DNA of 63,615 bases, filler included, from Octopus bimaculoides (GCF_001194135.2; 7 parts of 5 records of this genome joined end to end with filler, not necessarily neighbours in it), one strand, 5' to 3'; shown: positions 13,524-27,785, counted from the first letter of the whole stretch. The notes: generated by a model from the letters alone, not told the origin. A program made the numbers and translations.

Positions 13524-14452
13524 ACGCGCGAACGCACACGCACGCGCACACGCGCACACACACATGCGCACATACATACATACATACATACATATATGCA
13601 TGTATATATATATATCTATATATANNNNNNNNNNNNNNNNNNNNNNNNNNNNNNNNNNNNNNNNNNNNNNNNNNNNNNNNNNNNNNNNNNNNNNNNNNNN
13701 NNNNNNNNNNNNNNNNNNNNNNNNNNNNNNNNNNNNNNNNNNNNNNNNNNNNNNNNNNNNNNNNNNNNNNNNNNNNNNNNNNNNNNNNNNNNNNNNNNNN
13801 NNNNNNNNNNNNNNNNNNNNNNNNNNNNNNNNNNNNNNNNNNNNNNNNNNNNNNNNNNNNNNNNNNNNNNNNNNNNNNNNNNNNNNNNNNNNNNNNNNNN
13901 NNNNNNNNNNNNNNNNNNNNNNNNNNNNNNNNNNNNNNNNNNNNNNNNNNNNNNNNNNNNNNNNNNNNNNNNNNNNNNNNNNNNNNNNNNNNNNNNNNNN
14001 NNNNNNNNNNNNNNNNNNNNNNNNNNNNNNNNNNNNNNNNNNNNNNNNNNNNNNNNNNNNNNNNNNNNNNNNNNNNNNNNNNNNNNNNNNNNNNNNNNNN
14101 NNNNNNNNNNNNNNNNNNNNNNNNNNNNNNNNNNNNNNNNNNNNNNNNNNNNNNNNNNNNNNNNNNNNNNNNNNNNNNNNNNNNNNNNNNNNNNNNNNNN
14201 NNNNNNNNNNNNNNNNNNNNNNNNNNNNNNNNNNNNNNNNNNNNNNNNNNNNNNNNNNNNNNNNNNNNNNNNNNNNNNNNNNNNNNNNNNNNNNNNNNNN
14301 NNNNNNNNNNNNNNNNNNNNNNNNNNNNNNNNNNNNNNNNNNNNNNNNNNNNNNNNNNNNNNNNNNNNNNNNNNNNNNNNNNNNNNNNNNNNNNNNNNNN
14401 NNNNNNNNNNNNNNNNNNNNNNNNNNNNNNNNNNNNNNNNNNNNNNNNNNNN

Positions 14453-14483
<31 letters not shown>

Positions 14484-15716
14484 AAGAGGACGTCACAATA
14501 CGTAAACAACATGAAATACGAAGACAAACTTTTGTATGCGAACAACGAGAGAAACAGATGGAAAACAATACGAGTAATATAAGAAACGACTCTTCATCAG
14601 TTTTCGGCTGCCCATGCAGAAATATAGACACAAAATTCACGCGCAAGATTTGATTTGCCGTCTATGTTACTCATTATTTTAAGCTACCCTATAGAAAATT
14701 CTAGAAAATTCTAAAACACCATAAAAAAACCTTAATATATCGCACTTACATCTAATTAATGCTTAATTGACCTCACTATAATAAATATCTCTGTAGAGCT
14801 TAAAGTGCACGAGAACAATCCCTGCCACACGCATCAATATCAAAATATTTTGCTTTACATTTTGCACATACATTATACCTCCAAACAATACATTATATTC
14901 GTATGCAATATTAACTTCTACACCTTCTAAATTTCTCCCAGACATTCCGAAACTATACATTCATTTTGTAGTTGAAAGATAGACATATTTACTCAACGCA
15001 CAGATAATGTATGCGCACCTTCTAATTTTTAGCTACATCACTGAATATTAATATTAAATGAATGCCTTCTTGCAAGTCTTTCAGAAGACCTCTTTTATAT
15101 TTACTAAATTTAGATGTTCATTTTAGCTTGCTCAATTCAAAATGATTCTCTGATTTTTATCAAGGCGTTATTGAAATCGAACCATAAATGTGAAATGGTA
15201 TATCTTCTTTAAAATGTTTCTAACAAATTTAAAATGTGAATATAAGAACAATTCTAGTCTTTATCATCACACTATATATTATTTTCACCAAACATAGATT
15301 TATTATGCGTTTCACATCGGGTAGTGTTGCTTTATTTCTTTATTTTTAATCTTCAAATTTATGGAGATTTCTAACTCCATTTAAATCATTGCATTTACCT
15401 TTATAATTTTGCTTGTTGCAAACGTTCCCTTTACATAAACTTATATTTAATTTATTACCCACCGATATTAATCGTCAACGAATATTTATGTCCATTAAAT
15501 TGTCTTTTTATGAAAGAAAAACCTTCATTTCTGGAATGTCCAAGTACCGTATGTACGTGTTTACCCCTCGTTTCTCGTCTTTATTATCCTTAAACATTTC
15601 AGGTTGCTTATTGAATTCCCATATTTTTAACTCATTTAAATATATACTCCATTCAGTTATTATTTTAAATTCTACACTCACACGTATATGAAAATATATG
15701 TGTGTGTGTTTGTGTG

Positions 15717-15757
<41 letters not shown>

Positions 15758-16586
15758 NNNNNNNNNNNNNNNNNNNNNNNNNNNNNNNNNNNNNNNNNNN
15801 NNNNNNNNNNNNNNNNNNNNNNNNNNNNNNNNNNNNNNNNNNNNNNNNNNNNNNNNNNNNNNNNNNNNNNNNNNNNNNNNNNNNNNNNNNNNNNNNNNNN
15901 NNNNNNNNNNNNNNNNNNNNNNNNNNNNNNNNNNNNNNNNNNNNNNNNNNNNNNNNNNNNNNNNNNNNNNNNNNNNNNNNNNNNNNNNNNNNNNNNNNNN
16001 NNNNNNNNNNNNNNNNNNNNNNNNNNNNNNNNCATGAAAATATAAATATATGCATAGATACATACATATATGTACATACCTACATATATATGTATATATA
16101 CATGCATACAGGGGTACAGGACAAAAACAAAACATAGACACATTAAGAAACGAAAGCATTAAAACAAAAACATAGTAAACGAACTGTTTTAGAACAAGGA
16201 AAAAGACAGAAAACCGAGACAAAGCATATTGTCTGCTAAGTTTTACGACAGTCGGAATATATTCTCCATTCGAGAGAAGCGAAAAAATAGAAACTAATAT
16301 GCTCCGAAGGGGTCATTGCTTTATAACATCATAATGCGCTTTAAAGGTGCAAATATGAACACTAACAATTGGCGAAACGTAAGGGAGGCGAAAAAGTAAG
16401 AACGTATTAATTAACTGCACTGTGATTAAAAACAGGTTATTCTATGTATATTTCTTTCTCCGTTTTCTTCCTCTATTTAGACGAACTTTCCTACCTTTTC
16501 GGACAAAACGTTTGTAACCTTCGTCCTGCCTTTGTCCTTATATGTTTTTAATTGATATTAGCCCTTGTGGCCAATAAAACGAATTA

Positions 16587-16640
<54 letters not shown>

Positions 16641-16642
<2 letters not shown>

Positions 16643-16704
16643 AAGAATGAGACAAAAGCCAGACATACAAATATTTAGGAATCAATGAACTAGATAGGAT
16701 ACAA
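16641..16704 (+). mobile_element. R4/Dong-like RT fragment beginning at a (TTA)n run
   Basis: Reads QTYKYLGINELDRIQ (YKYLG motif), directly after the TTA microsatellite and cut by the assembly spacer. Confidence 0.55.
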
Positions 16705-16804
16705 NNNNNNNNNNNNNNNNNNNNNNNNNNNNNNNNNNNNNNNNNNNNTTAATTAATTAANNNNNNNNNNNNNNNNNNNNNNNNNNNNNNNNNNNNNNNN
16801 NNNN

Positions 16805-16842
<38 letters not shown>

Positions 16843-17041
16843 CATACATAATGCATACACGTGCATACTTAAAGACATACATACATACATAAGCCAATGC
16901 GTATATGAGGTGTATATGTGTATGCGTATGATCTTTTTGTGAGTCATACGTAAAGGTATGTATACATGCTGCTTTCGAAAAATGTGGAATGTTGTTGACT
17001 GCAAGACAACAGCAAATACCACCATCATTGTCACTACTACA

Positions 17042-17111
<70 letters not shown>

Positions 17112-17337
17112 ATTGCTGTCTGTCACAAAAGTAATGACGGCAGAGTATCTATAATGGTAAGTGTATACAAAGTTATATTGTAGTCATACACATGCAGGTA
17201 CGCACGGTGTTGTATATAACTGTAAAAGATTGTCAAATGTATGTGTATATATATTGAACGAATGTGCGTGCGGCTGACACACTCTCACACGCACATGTAT
17301 GTATATACATACACACACACACACTCACACACACACA

Positions 17338-17373
<36 letters not shown>

Positions 17374-17492
17374 TCATATACAAGCACATTCATACATACA
17401 CAAATATATACGTACGTAATTATACATATATATGTATATAACTATGTCTATATATTAACATCTGTCTATCTCTTCTCTCTTTCTCTCTTTTT

Positions 17493-17538
<46 letters not shown>

Positions 17539-18346
17539 NNNNNNNNNNNNNNNNNNNNNNNNNNNNNNNNNNNNNNNNNNNNNNNNNNNNNNNNNNNNNN
17601 NNNNNNNNNNNNNNNNNNNNNNNNNNNNNNNTTCGAGTCTACTCAGCTGGAAAAAACGAGTAATTCTACAACAGACCGACGTCCACGCAATATAGAAACC
17701 ACAGAATCTGGTTATTCGCCCTTATGAGCCTTTGGTGAGGGCTGGACCCCATTTTCGAGATATGCAGAAATATAGTCATTTCGGACTTTCTAGATCCCTC
17801 CATTCGGTCAATCCAGAAGCCTAAAAGAGTCGGGGCTTCCGTTAAATGGTCTGCGAAATTTGAAATAGCATGGTACCGTATCAAACTGTTTTAAATAATA
17901 TATATACACACGCGCGCATGTGTATGTCTGCCTATGTTTGTGTGTCTGCCTATGTGTGTGTGTGTGAAGGCGCTTCGGCATATGGTTAGGGCGTTGTACT
18001 CACAATCGTAAGATCGCTCTTTCGCTTCATGGACCTGAAAGTTAGTTCTGTTCTTGAACAAAACGCCCAAATTCACGTTGCTCTTCGTTTACTTCGAAAT
18101 CTGATGTATAGCACATCGTGCTCTCTACACCAATTCAATTTGATGTAGTGAGTGGCTAATATAATATATAGTAGAAAAATGTGATCACTATAAATCAAAA
18201 CAGCTGTGCAGGTTACTCAATAAGAAGTTGAGGACTCAATACTTTTCCTTAATGACAGTAGTCCATCCTAAATATGCAAGGTTTATCTATTATTACTACA
18301 ATTGTTTCATGGGGAGTCTTTATTGTTTCATAAGCTTAATCCAGTT

Positions 18347-18472
18347 AGTTAGATTACATAATATGTTATATAACCCGACTCATCAGGCTACCAAACCAAC
18401 AAGTCAATGCTCACATGTTTATATGGTAGCCTGATGAGTTGAAAGTTATTTAACATATTACGTAATCTAATT
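18347..18472. repeat. Imperfect inverted repeat (~48-bp arms, 30-nt loop)
   Basis: Perfect 16-bp core actcatcaggctacca (18378-18393) / tggtagcctgatgagt (18424-18439), extending outward with few mismatches. Confidence 0.85.
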
Positions 18473-19248
18473 GTATTATTTTTTATCTCAATAAAGGCTC
18501 ATCATGAGACAATTGTTGCAATACCCAGTAACTCATTATTTTGCGCTTATTATGCTTTTATACCACACTTAATTTTTCATTCATCGTTTTGATAATCTGG
18601 GATAATTTGGGGTACTATTATGATGTGATGAAAACTCCTATTCGTTGGGTCTCCAGTTGCTGGGTAGGGGAATGGTCTGTAGATATATAGGTTAGCTGCG
18701 AACATTCCCTAAGTAGTACAGGAGAAAATCAAGGCTTGTCTTTTGACAATACATAACACCCTTTAGCTGCCCTCCTAGTGTCACATTGAAATCTCCGAAA
18801 CCCTGAAAAGAGTGGAAATATTACTATAGTAGAAGACCCGGAATTATGTGGTTCGGAAGTAAACTTCATTCAGCCACGTCCGCGTCAACATGTAGCATTA
18901 AAAAAAAAAATTAAACATTGAGGTAGATATAATCGACTTAAACCCACTTAAGAGGTTCCCCAGTATGGCCCCACGATCCAGTAACTGAAACAAGCAATTA
19001 ACAAGAATAAATACTGAACGAAGACAAGATGAGAGGAAAAAAAAAACAGAAAGTGCGAAAGAAGAACATACGAGCAGGAAGAAATCGATAAATAAAGGAT
19101 GAAGGAACGATGTATAGAAACGAAAGAGGGACGAAAAAATAACGAGATCGTGAAAGTCTCGAAGAAACAATGACGGAGATAAAAAGGGAAAATGAAAAAA
19201 GCGGAAGGAAGTAGGATTAAAGTGAAATGTAGAAAAAATTACGAAAGG

Positions 19249-19283
<35 letters not shown>

Positions 19284-19349
19284 GAGAAAAAATGAAGAGA
19301 GAATGAACGAGATGTGGAGCGATAACGGGGAAAAATGGAGAAATAACAA

Positions 19350-19455
19350 CGGGAAGATTGACAAATGGTGTCTGCGCCTATATGAAGAAGAGAAAAGAAT
19401 GGCTGAGACCCGACATGCAAGCGACACCTCGAACTAAGCCAGAGCTACATCGTCA
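19350..19455 (+). mobile_element. Short mariner transposase fragment related to the 20560-21310 copy
   Basis: Reads DKWC...YMKKRKEWLRPDMQATPRTKPELH; shares gagacccgaca.gcaagcgacacctcgaac with ~20915-20945. Confidence 0.7.
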
Positions 19456-20559
19456 TATACATGAAAATCTGAAGAGAGGTAAAATTCATCCAAATTTCAA
19501 AACGGAAAGCGAAATCTGTAAAACAATAATAGAGCCCAAAAAATCGTCACAAAACTCTAGCATAAAAATATTTTTCGCATTTTTTTCAAATAACATTGGG
19601 AACGAAACGAACGAATTTATCTGACAACCTATTATAAATGAAACCGCGAGTATGGAACCAAGAAAGAAAAAGAGTTTAAAGATCGTAATACTTAAATAAA
19701 ATAGAAAAAATAATAAAGGAAGAAATAAATGAAAAATGAATTGACATAATCTATTAATATAATTGAGAGTGTGTCACTGTCTCTGTCGTTGTTTTCTGTC
19801 CTCCAATGGAAAGAAATAAATCCAAGTTTTATTGTATTTTTTTTTTTTTTTCTTAAATTCCATATACTAACTGATGTGTTAACTGTCATACGAAAAGTTC
19901 AGAACAAAACTTTTACCACTGTTGTTAATAACAGATAATATTAATTTTGTAATTAATTGATAGTTAAACAGTAGTTTTCTTAATAATAACATATTTATTG
20001 AGAATTTACAAATGAAGAATTTGCATTAATATTTAATTTAAATTTAATGAAAATTTCAATTTTGAAAATTGGAATTCATTTCATTAATATTTATTTATAA
20101 TGAAATTTAAAAAAAAATATAAAATTGCAGATATTGTAATCTTCCAGCGTCCGCAACGAAGATGCGTTTCATTACATCACGCCACTAATCTCTAAACTGT
20201 ATTAGCTTTGACAGATTCTTAATTTCACGTTGCATGTCTCTACCAAAATCATCATCATTAATATCTTAACATTACTGGCTCGAATCCCAGCACCCATTAG
20301 GTCTATTAGCCGGGTTCTACGCCGCATAAGTGACCGCAATCACACCATCTTCTCACTTTCAGTGGGTTGCCAGTCCATCGCAGGTTTAATCATTTACAAT
20401 CAAATGAACAGGATCAAGGTGAAATGAAGTATTTTGTCTAAAATCAGAGTGTCCGGGCAGGAGATCGAAACCAACATCTTGCAATCATTGGTGCAACACC
20501 CTAACCTATAGGCCACACACCATCACTTCTCTGCCAATAGCGTTCCGAAACTGCCAAAA

Positions 20560-21310
20560 CCAATGGAAATATTTTTGATTTGTTTACAGAGAAAGCGCTG
20601 GTTTTCACGCTACGAGGAGGTTGAATTCGACTTCACAGACTCTTCGCTTTTAGTTCTTCGATGATCGATTGAATGAGCTTATCCACGAAGATCCGAATCA
20701 TTCCATTAAGGAGCTGGCCCAGCAGATGATATGCTTTCAGGATTCCGTCGCCTGTAACCTTGATTCTGTGAGTATGGTTCAAACACTCGGTGAGTGGGGG
20801 CTGCATGCTCTGAATGAAAGATACAAATTCCAGTGCTCGCTTGATACCAAACGGTTCGTGGACTCAGAGGTATCTTTACCTCAACCGTCACCGGCGATGA
20901 AAAATGGTGTTTTTGAGACCCGACAAGCAAGCGACACCTCGAACCAAGCCAGGGCTGCATCCATGAAAGACAACGGTTTATGTTTGATGGGATTAGAAAG
21001 ATACGATGCACTACCAAATGCTTAAACACAATCTCAGGGTCGATGAAGAGATTAACGTTCAACAAATGCAGCGGCTCAACGAGGCAATTCAACTGAAATT
21101 ATGGTGTGTTTAGCCATCACGACAACGCTTCCTTTCACATTGCTAATTTGACCAAAAAGGCTATACGAGAGTGCGGTTGGGAAGATCTATCGTACCGGCC
21201 CTATTCTTTCTGTTTGCATTGTGTCTTTAGATTATTGCGAAGTTCTATGGCACCCGCCCCATTCTACTGAATTAGCACCTTTAGATTATTACCTATTCGC
21301 CAGACATTAA
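20560..21310 (+). mobile_element. Degenerate mariner (DD34D) transposase
   Basis: Fragments LNELIHEDP...ELAQQM, GDEKWC, QATPRTKPGLHP, QQMQRLNEAIQLK, HDNASFHIANLTKKAIRECGWE and EVLWHPPHSTELAPLDYYLF. 34 residues separate the last two Asp once a ~63-bp internal duplication is removed. Confidence 0.8.
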
Positions 21311-21539
21311 GCGGTCTTCGTCTTTTGAGATATTCGATGTGATCTTGATTAGAGGGCGGTAGATTCGAAAACCTATCTTACTCTTAAATCGTCTGTGTTG
21401 CGATCAAGCCATGAAATGTTCTAAGCCACCACGAGAAGCCGTAACATCAAACAAATGTGGACATTTTTTCTTTGTGGTCCAGGTTTTGGACTCCTTGTGC
21501 CAATGTATTGTTGTTTGATATGGTGGACAAACTGAAAAG

Positions 21540-22119
21540 AAAGAAAATACACAAACAGAAAAGTATAACAGTAAAGAAATAGATGAGAGAATGAGAGTAT
21601 AAGAGAAAGAAATTAGAGTAGAAAGGAGGAATTATGTCGAAAAGGAAGAAGAACATTTGGAAAGAATGAATATAGAAAAAGAGGATTGAGGAAATTTTTT
21701 GAAGAGGAGAGAGAAAAATGGAGGAAAGAGGTAGTGTGAAGGAAAGAAAAGAAGGAAAGCAAAGAATAAAAGTAAGATTGACATACAAGTAGAAATGAAT
21801 GTAGTTATGTGAATGAGAAATAGAAAGATGTACAAAGGGAAAGAAAGGAAGAAGGAGTGAAATGAAGGAAGAGAGAAAGAGACAAAGAAATAAAATAATG
21901 AAAGAGAGCAGAATGGAAAAGAAAGAATAAGAGAAAGCCATAAGATAAAATATATAAAGAGAAAGAAAGGAAGAAGGAATGAAATGAAAGGAAGGAAGGT
22001 AGAAAGAGACAAAGAAATAAAACAATGAAAAAAGAACATAGGAGAGAGGGGGAGAGAGTGAGTAAAAAAGAAAGAAAGGATGTGAAAATGAAAAAGAAAG
22101 ACAATAGGATAGAGAAAGA
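21540..22119. repeat. Purine-rich (GA/AAAG) low-complexity tract
   Basis: Strong + strand A/G bias with internal short repeats; similar sequence resumes at 23215-23500 beyond the gap. Confidence 0.85.
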
Positions 22120-23174
22120 NNNNNNNNNNNNNNNNNNNNNNNNNNNNNNNNNNNNNNNNNNNNNNNNNNNNNNNNNNNNNNNNNNNNNNNNNNNNNNNNN
22201 NNNNNNNNNNNNNNNNNNNNNNNNNNNNNNNNNNNNNNNNNNNNNNNNNNNNNNNNNNNNNNNNNNNNNNNNNNNNNNNNNNNNNNNNNNNNNNNNNNNN
22301 NNNNNNNNNNNNNNNNNNNNNNNNNNNNNNNNNNNNNNNNNNNNNNNNNNNNNNNNNNNNNNNNNNNNNNNNNNNNNNNNNNNNNNNNNNNNNNNNNNNN
22401 NNNNNNNNNNNNNNNNNNNNNNNNNNNNNNNNNNNNNNNNNNNNNNNNNNNNNNNNNNNNNNNNNNNNNNNNNNNNNNNNNNNNNNNNNNNNNNNNNNNN
22501 NNNNNNNNNNNNNNNNNNNNNNNNNNNNNNNNNNNNNNNNNNNNNNNNNNNNNNNNNNNNNNNNNNNNNNNNNNNNNNNNNNNNNNNNNNNNNNNNNNNN
22601 NNNNNNNNNNNNNNNNNNNNNNNNNNNNNNNNNNNNNNNNNNNNNNNNNNNNNNNNNNNNNNNNNNNNNNNNNNNNNNNNNNNNNNNNNNNNNNNNNNNN
22701 NNNNNNNNNNNNNNNNNNNNNNNNNNNNNNNNNNNNNNNNNNNNNNNNNNNNNNNNNNNNNNNNNNNNNNNNNNNNNNNNNNNNNNNNNNNNNNNNNNNN
22801 NNNNNNNNNNNNNNNNNNNNNNNNNNNNNNNNNNNNNNNNNNNNNNNNNNNNNNNNNNNNNNNNNNNNNNNNNNNNNNNNNNNNNNNNNNNNNNNNNNNN
22901 NNNNNNNNNNNNNNNNNNNNNNNNNNNNNNNNNNNNNNNNNNNNNNNNNNNNNNNNNNNNNNNNNNNNNNNNNNNNNNNNNNNNNNNNNNNNNNNNNNNN
23001 NNNNNNNNNNNNNNNNNNNNNNNNNNNNNNNNNNNNNNNNNNNNNNNNNNNNNNNNNNNNNNNNNATATATATATGTGTGTGTGTGTGTATTTATATATG
23101 TATGTATATGTATATATATATGTGTGTGTGTATATATTTATATATGTATATATATATGTATGTATATATATATA

Positions 23175-23212
<38 letters not shown>

Positions 23213-23613
23213 AGGCAGTGAGGATGAAGGAGAGAGAGAGAGTTGAGAGGAGAACATCTCAGACAATAGGAGACTGAGCAAGAAGAATTCGAAGATGAAA
23301 ACACAGCATAATGGTAAAAGTATGTGTTTGCATGAGTGAAAAAAAAAAATGATGAAAAAATAAACAAAAAAAGAAAGAAAGAAAAAAAACGGCAGAGTTA
23401 TCGTGAGCAAGAGGAAGAAAGGGAGAGGAAGAGAGGCAGATAGTAAAAGAGAGAGTAATAAAGAGAGAGAGAGACAGAGTATGGCAGGGAGAGGATAATA
23501 TGTACATATCTATGGAAATGTAAGGAGTGAGTGATGATTAGCAGGAAAAAGGTTTCTATGCAATTTTTACCATTATATACATGTGTGTGTGTGTGTGTGT
23601 GTATTTATATAAA

Positions 23614-23686
<73 letters not shown>

Positions 23687-24072
23687 TGTTGTTGGCACTC
23701 CGTCGCTGACGACGTCGAGGGTTCCAGTTGATCCGATCAACGGAACAGCCTGCTCGTGAAATTAACGTGCAAGTTGGCTGAGCACTCCACAGACACGTGT
23801 ACTCTTAACGTAGTTCTCGGGGATATTCAGCGTGACACAGTGTGTGACAAGGCTGACCCTTTGAATTACAGGCACAACAGAAACAGGAAGTAAGAATGAG
23901 AGAAAGTTGTGGTGAAAGAGTACAGCAGGGTTCGCCACCATCCCCTGCCGGAGCTTCGTGGAGCTTTAGGTGTTTTCGCTCAATAAACACTCACAACGCC
24001 CGGTCTGGGAATCGAAACCGCGATCCTATGACCGCGAGTCCGCTGCCCTAACCACTACGCCATTGCGCCTCC
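23687..24072 (-). mobile_element. SINE family A copy
   Basis: Reverse complement of 29001-29382 over its full length. Confidence 0.92.
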
Positions 24073-24113
24073 ACACACATATACATACATACACAAATAT
24101 ATGTATATATGTA

Positions 24114-24540
24114 AGGCGGACAACTGGCAGAATCGTTAGCATGCCTGACAAATTGTTTAGCGGCAATTCGTACGTCTTTACGTTCTGAGTTCGAATTCTG
24201 TCGAGGTCGACTTTACCTTTTATCTTTTCGTGGTCGTTAAAATAAGCACCAGTTAAGCACTGGTATCAATGCAATCAGCTTACTTCTTTCCCGAAATTGC
24301 TGGCTTTGTGCCAAAATTTGAACACCTATATTAACTTTTACAGCAAGGCGGCGAACTGACAGAATAGTTAGCGCACCGCGCAAAGTACTTTGCAGCACTT
24401 CTGCCTTTACGTTCCGGGTTCAAATTCTGCGGAGGTCGACTTTGCTTTTCATCCTTTCGTGGTCGATAAAATAATTACCAGATGAGTATTGGAGTCGCTG
24501 TGAATGACTAGCCCCTTCCCCCCAGGGTTTCAAGTCTTGT
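24114..24540 (+). mobile_element. Two head-to-tail copies of SINE family D
   Basis: Each reads ggcg..ctg.cagaat.gttagc...gttcaaattc...gaggtcgacttt.cctttcatcctttc...; a minus-strand copy lies at 2745-2920. Confidence 0.85.
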
Positions 24541-25039
24541 ATCCTTATCAAAAGGTTTATATTAGCTTTACAGTGAATAACGCAATAATGCAGTCGTCTT
24601 AATGTTAAGTACATGAACTAAGGTGCAACGAAACGCCAGAAAAACTAGCTAATCTAGAAACATTCAGGATCGATTCTTTGGTAGGCAGCATGGGGTTTAG
24701 AAGGAAATCTGCCAAGATGATCTTTCTCGAGATTGTATCCAAGAAATTAAGCTGTCTGTATGAGTAGTTACAACGCCTCAACGAGTTATGAGATTAAATA
24801 TATACACAAACATAACAGACACACACACATACACACATATATATATATACACACACACATATATATATATACACACACACACATACACACACATATATAT
24901 ATATATATACATACACGCACATATATATATATACACACATACACACACATATATATATATACACACACACATACACACATATATATATATACACACACAT
25001 ATACACACGTATATATATATATACATATATATTTATATA

Positions 25040-25093
<54 letters not shown>

Positions 25094-25193
25094 NNNNNNN
25101 NNNNNNNNNNNNNNNNNNNNNNNNNNNNNNNNNNNNNTTAATTAATTAANNNNNNNNNNNNNNNNNNNNNNNNNNNNNNNNNNNNNNNNNNNN

Positions 25194-25402
25194 GAGCGTG
25201 GCCGTTTTCGTGCGGGTGACACGTAAAAGCACCCACTACACTCTCTGAGTGGTTGGCGTTAGGAACGGCATCCAGCTGTAGAAACTCTGCCAAATCAGAC
25301 TGGAGCCTGGTGTTGCCATCCGGTTTCACCAGTCCTCAGTCAAATCGTCCAACCCATGCTAGCGTGGAAAGCGGACGTTAAACGATGATGATGATGATGA
25401 TG
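25194..25402 (+). mobile_element. Repeat family C copy
   Basis: Inverted near-identical partner of 27786-28005; ends in (GAT)n. Confidence 0.88.
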
Positions 25403-26472
25403 ATATATATGATGGGTTTCTATCTACAAAACCACTCACAATGCTTTGGTTGACCCAAGGCTATAGTAGAAGACACTTGCCCAAAGTACTGTGCAATGGG
25501 ACTGAACCCAGAACCATGCGGTTGGCAAGCGAGCTCCTTACCATACAGCCACACCTGCACTTATGATTGGCAGTATTTTTCAATTTCCTTCCCACAAATT
25601 CACTCTCAAGGTGTAAGTCAGCCCAGGGCTATATATAATAGAAGGCACTTGCCCAAGATGCCACACTGTGAGACTGAACTTAAAACCACATGGCTGAGAG
25701 GCAAACTTCTAAACGACACAGTCACACCTGTGCCTACCATTAGTCGATAAAATAATGAGTATTGATAAAATCGATCTGACTCTATAAGGCAGTGCTCCAG
25801 TATGGCCACAGTCTAATGAGTGGAATCAAGAAAAGAATTATAGATTAACAACAACACCAACAGCACCAACAACAACCCATCCCATTAAGGTGACATCTAC
25901 CAACATTTGGTTTTGTCTTTCTTTCACCCAATACAATGATAAAGCACTTGGTTACCTTTGTTCTTTCATACAGGATGTGATAGTTGAGGTGGGGGGGGAG
26001 AGTTGCCTGGTCCAGGAACTGAACTTGTGATCTTATGATTATGAACCAACTACTGAAACTACTTGGTTAAAAGACCTACACGTCATATATGGTACTTCTG
26101 ATCAAAGGCCTGCTTGGTCACAGTCAACCTGGGGCTAAACAACAGTAACAACAACAACAACATCAACACCAACAACAACAGCAGCAGCAACAGCAAGAGG
26201 AAGAAAAAGCTGAATCAAATGAGGGAACTTCACACCGCATTTGTTTAATATTGTCAATGTGGCAAGTGAATTTCCCACAAGAACATTTAATGTCTTTAAA
26301 ATGAGGTCGATGTGTATTTTTGAAGCTAATTTTGAGGACAATAAGGTCCATATTATATATATAGAAGGGTTAAAGCTAGATTAGATGGTTGCATTCGAAT
26401 AGAATGGTCCCATCTAAACAAGATGGTTACAGTTGGACAGCTAAATTTAGACAGGAACGACACAGCTAGACA

Positions 26473-26866
26473 TACTCTTTTACTTGTTTCAGTCATTTGA
26501 CTGCGGCCATACTGGAGCACCACCTTTAGTTGAGAAAATCGACCCCAGGACTTATCCTTTATAAGCCTAGTACTTATTCTATTGGTCTCTTTTTGCTGAA
26601 CCGCTAAGTTACGGGGACGCAAACACACTAGCATCGGTTGTCAAGCGATGGTGGGGAGACAAACATAGACACACAAACACACACACATATATATACATAT
26701 ATACGACGGGATTCTTTCAGTTTCCGTCTACCAAATCCACTCACAAGGCTTTGGTCGGCCCGAGGCTATAGTAGAAGACACTTGCCCAAGGTGCCACGCA
26801 GTGGGACTGAACCTGGAACCATGTGATTGGTAAGCAAGCTACTTACCACACAGCCACTCCTGCGCC
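26473..26866 (-). mobile_element. SINE family B copy
   Basis: Full-length reverse complement of the family B consensus seen at 52938-53430. Confidence 0.9.
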
Positions 26867-27089
26867 ATGATAGTGATATTTAGATAGGATGGTCACAGGT
26901 AGACAGGATTGTTGCAGCTTGACAGGATGGCCACAATTAGATAGGATGATATACAATGACAGGCAAAATAAACTATAAATTGTCTTCTATCTAAATTATG
27001 CAAGCATGAAAATAATACTGACATCACATTTTAACAGTTATATTTACCAAAATTACATAAAAATATCTTGAAATACTAAAGAATAAATT

Positions 27090-27765
27090 TATTCAAGAAA
27101 GTCTGCCATTGGCTTCAACCATGGACTCGAGATGAATTCAGAATCTCCTGCAGCTCTTTTGAACAGTCCCCTTGTTTAAGTTAGTGAATGCTGCCATACT
27201 CTTTGCCTTCAGTTCATCTTTTGTGTTACAAGGAGTTTTGTTCGTCTCTCACTCAACTGCACCCCACACATAATAATCAAGGGGGTTGCAGTCTGAGGAG
27301 TTTGGTGGCCAGATGTTAGGGGTGATGTGGTCACAGAAATTGCCTGAGAGCCATGACTGGGTTCTCCTGCTTGTGTGGCATGGTACAGAGTCCTGTTCCC
27401 AGACACAGGGTCTTCCAGCAGCCACCCTCTTGACCCAGGGCAGCACTACCTCCTCCAGGCATTTGATGTAGGTCTCTGTGTTGAATCTGAGGCTGTGTGG
27501 GAAGATGAATGAAGGCATAACGTCGCCATCACTAGTGATCACTCTAAACACTATGATGTTCACTGGATGTTTGATTTTTAACACTTTCAATACATGTCCT
27601 CAGATTGACTCCAAACTCCCTGAAATGTTTATATTGGAGCTTCTTGCACAAATGCCAAGCAGTATAGCATGTTGGTTCCAAATTTCTGGCAGAGTGAATT
27701 GCATCATGATGCTGGTTTTCTCACAAATGGCGTCCAACTGATCCTACTATACTGTGTAGTCATCA
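27090..27765 (-). mobile_element. Internally deleted maT-family (DD37D) transposon
   Basis: Reads WEQD-SVPCHTSRRTQSWLSGNFCDHITPNIWPPNSSDCNPL-DYYVWG, with 37 residues between the catalytic Asp residues. The N-terminus MMQFTLPEIW... is joined directly to KHPVNIIVF, so the first catalytic D is deleted. Confidence 0.85.
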
Positions 27766-27785
27766 AAATCAAAAACAAACAATGT

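Noticed and set aside
18431-18460. CTGATGA-GTT-GAAA as a hammerhead core
   Set aside because: Only 3 nt lie between the boxes and there is no U-H cleavage site or stem I; it is one arm of the 18347-18472 inverted repeat.
21447-22104. F/L/S-rich minus-strand ORFs
   Set aside because: Translations of a low-complexity GA-rich tract; open in several frames with no domain signal.
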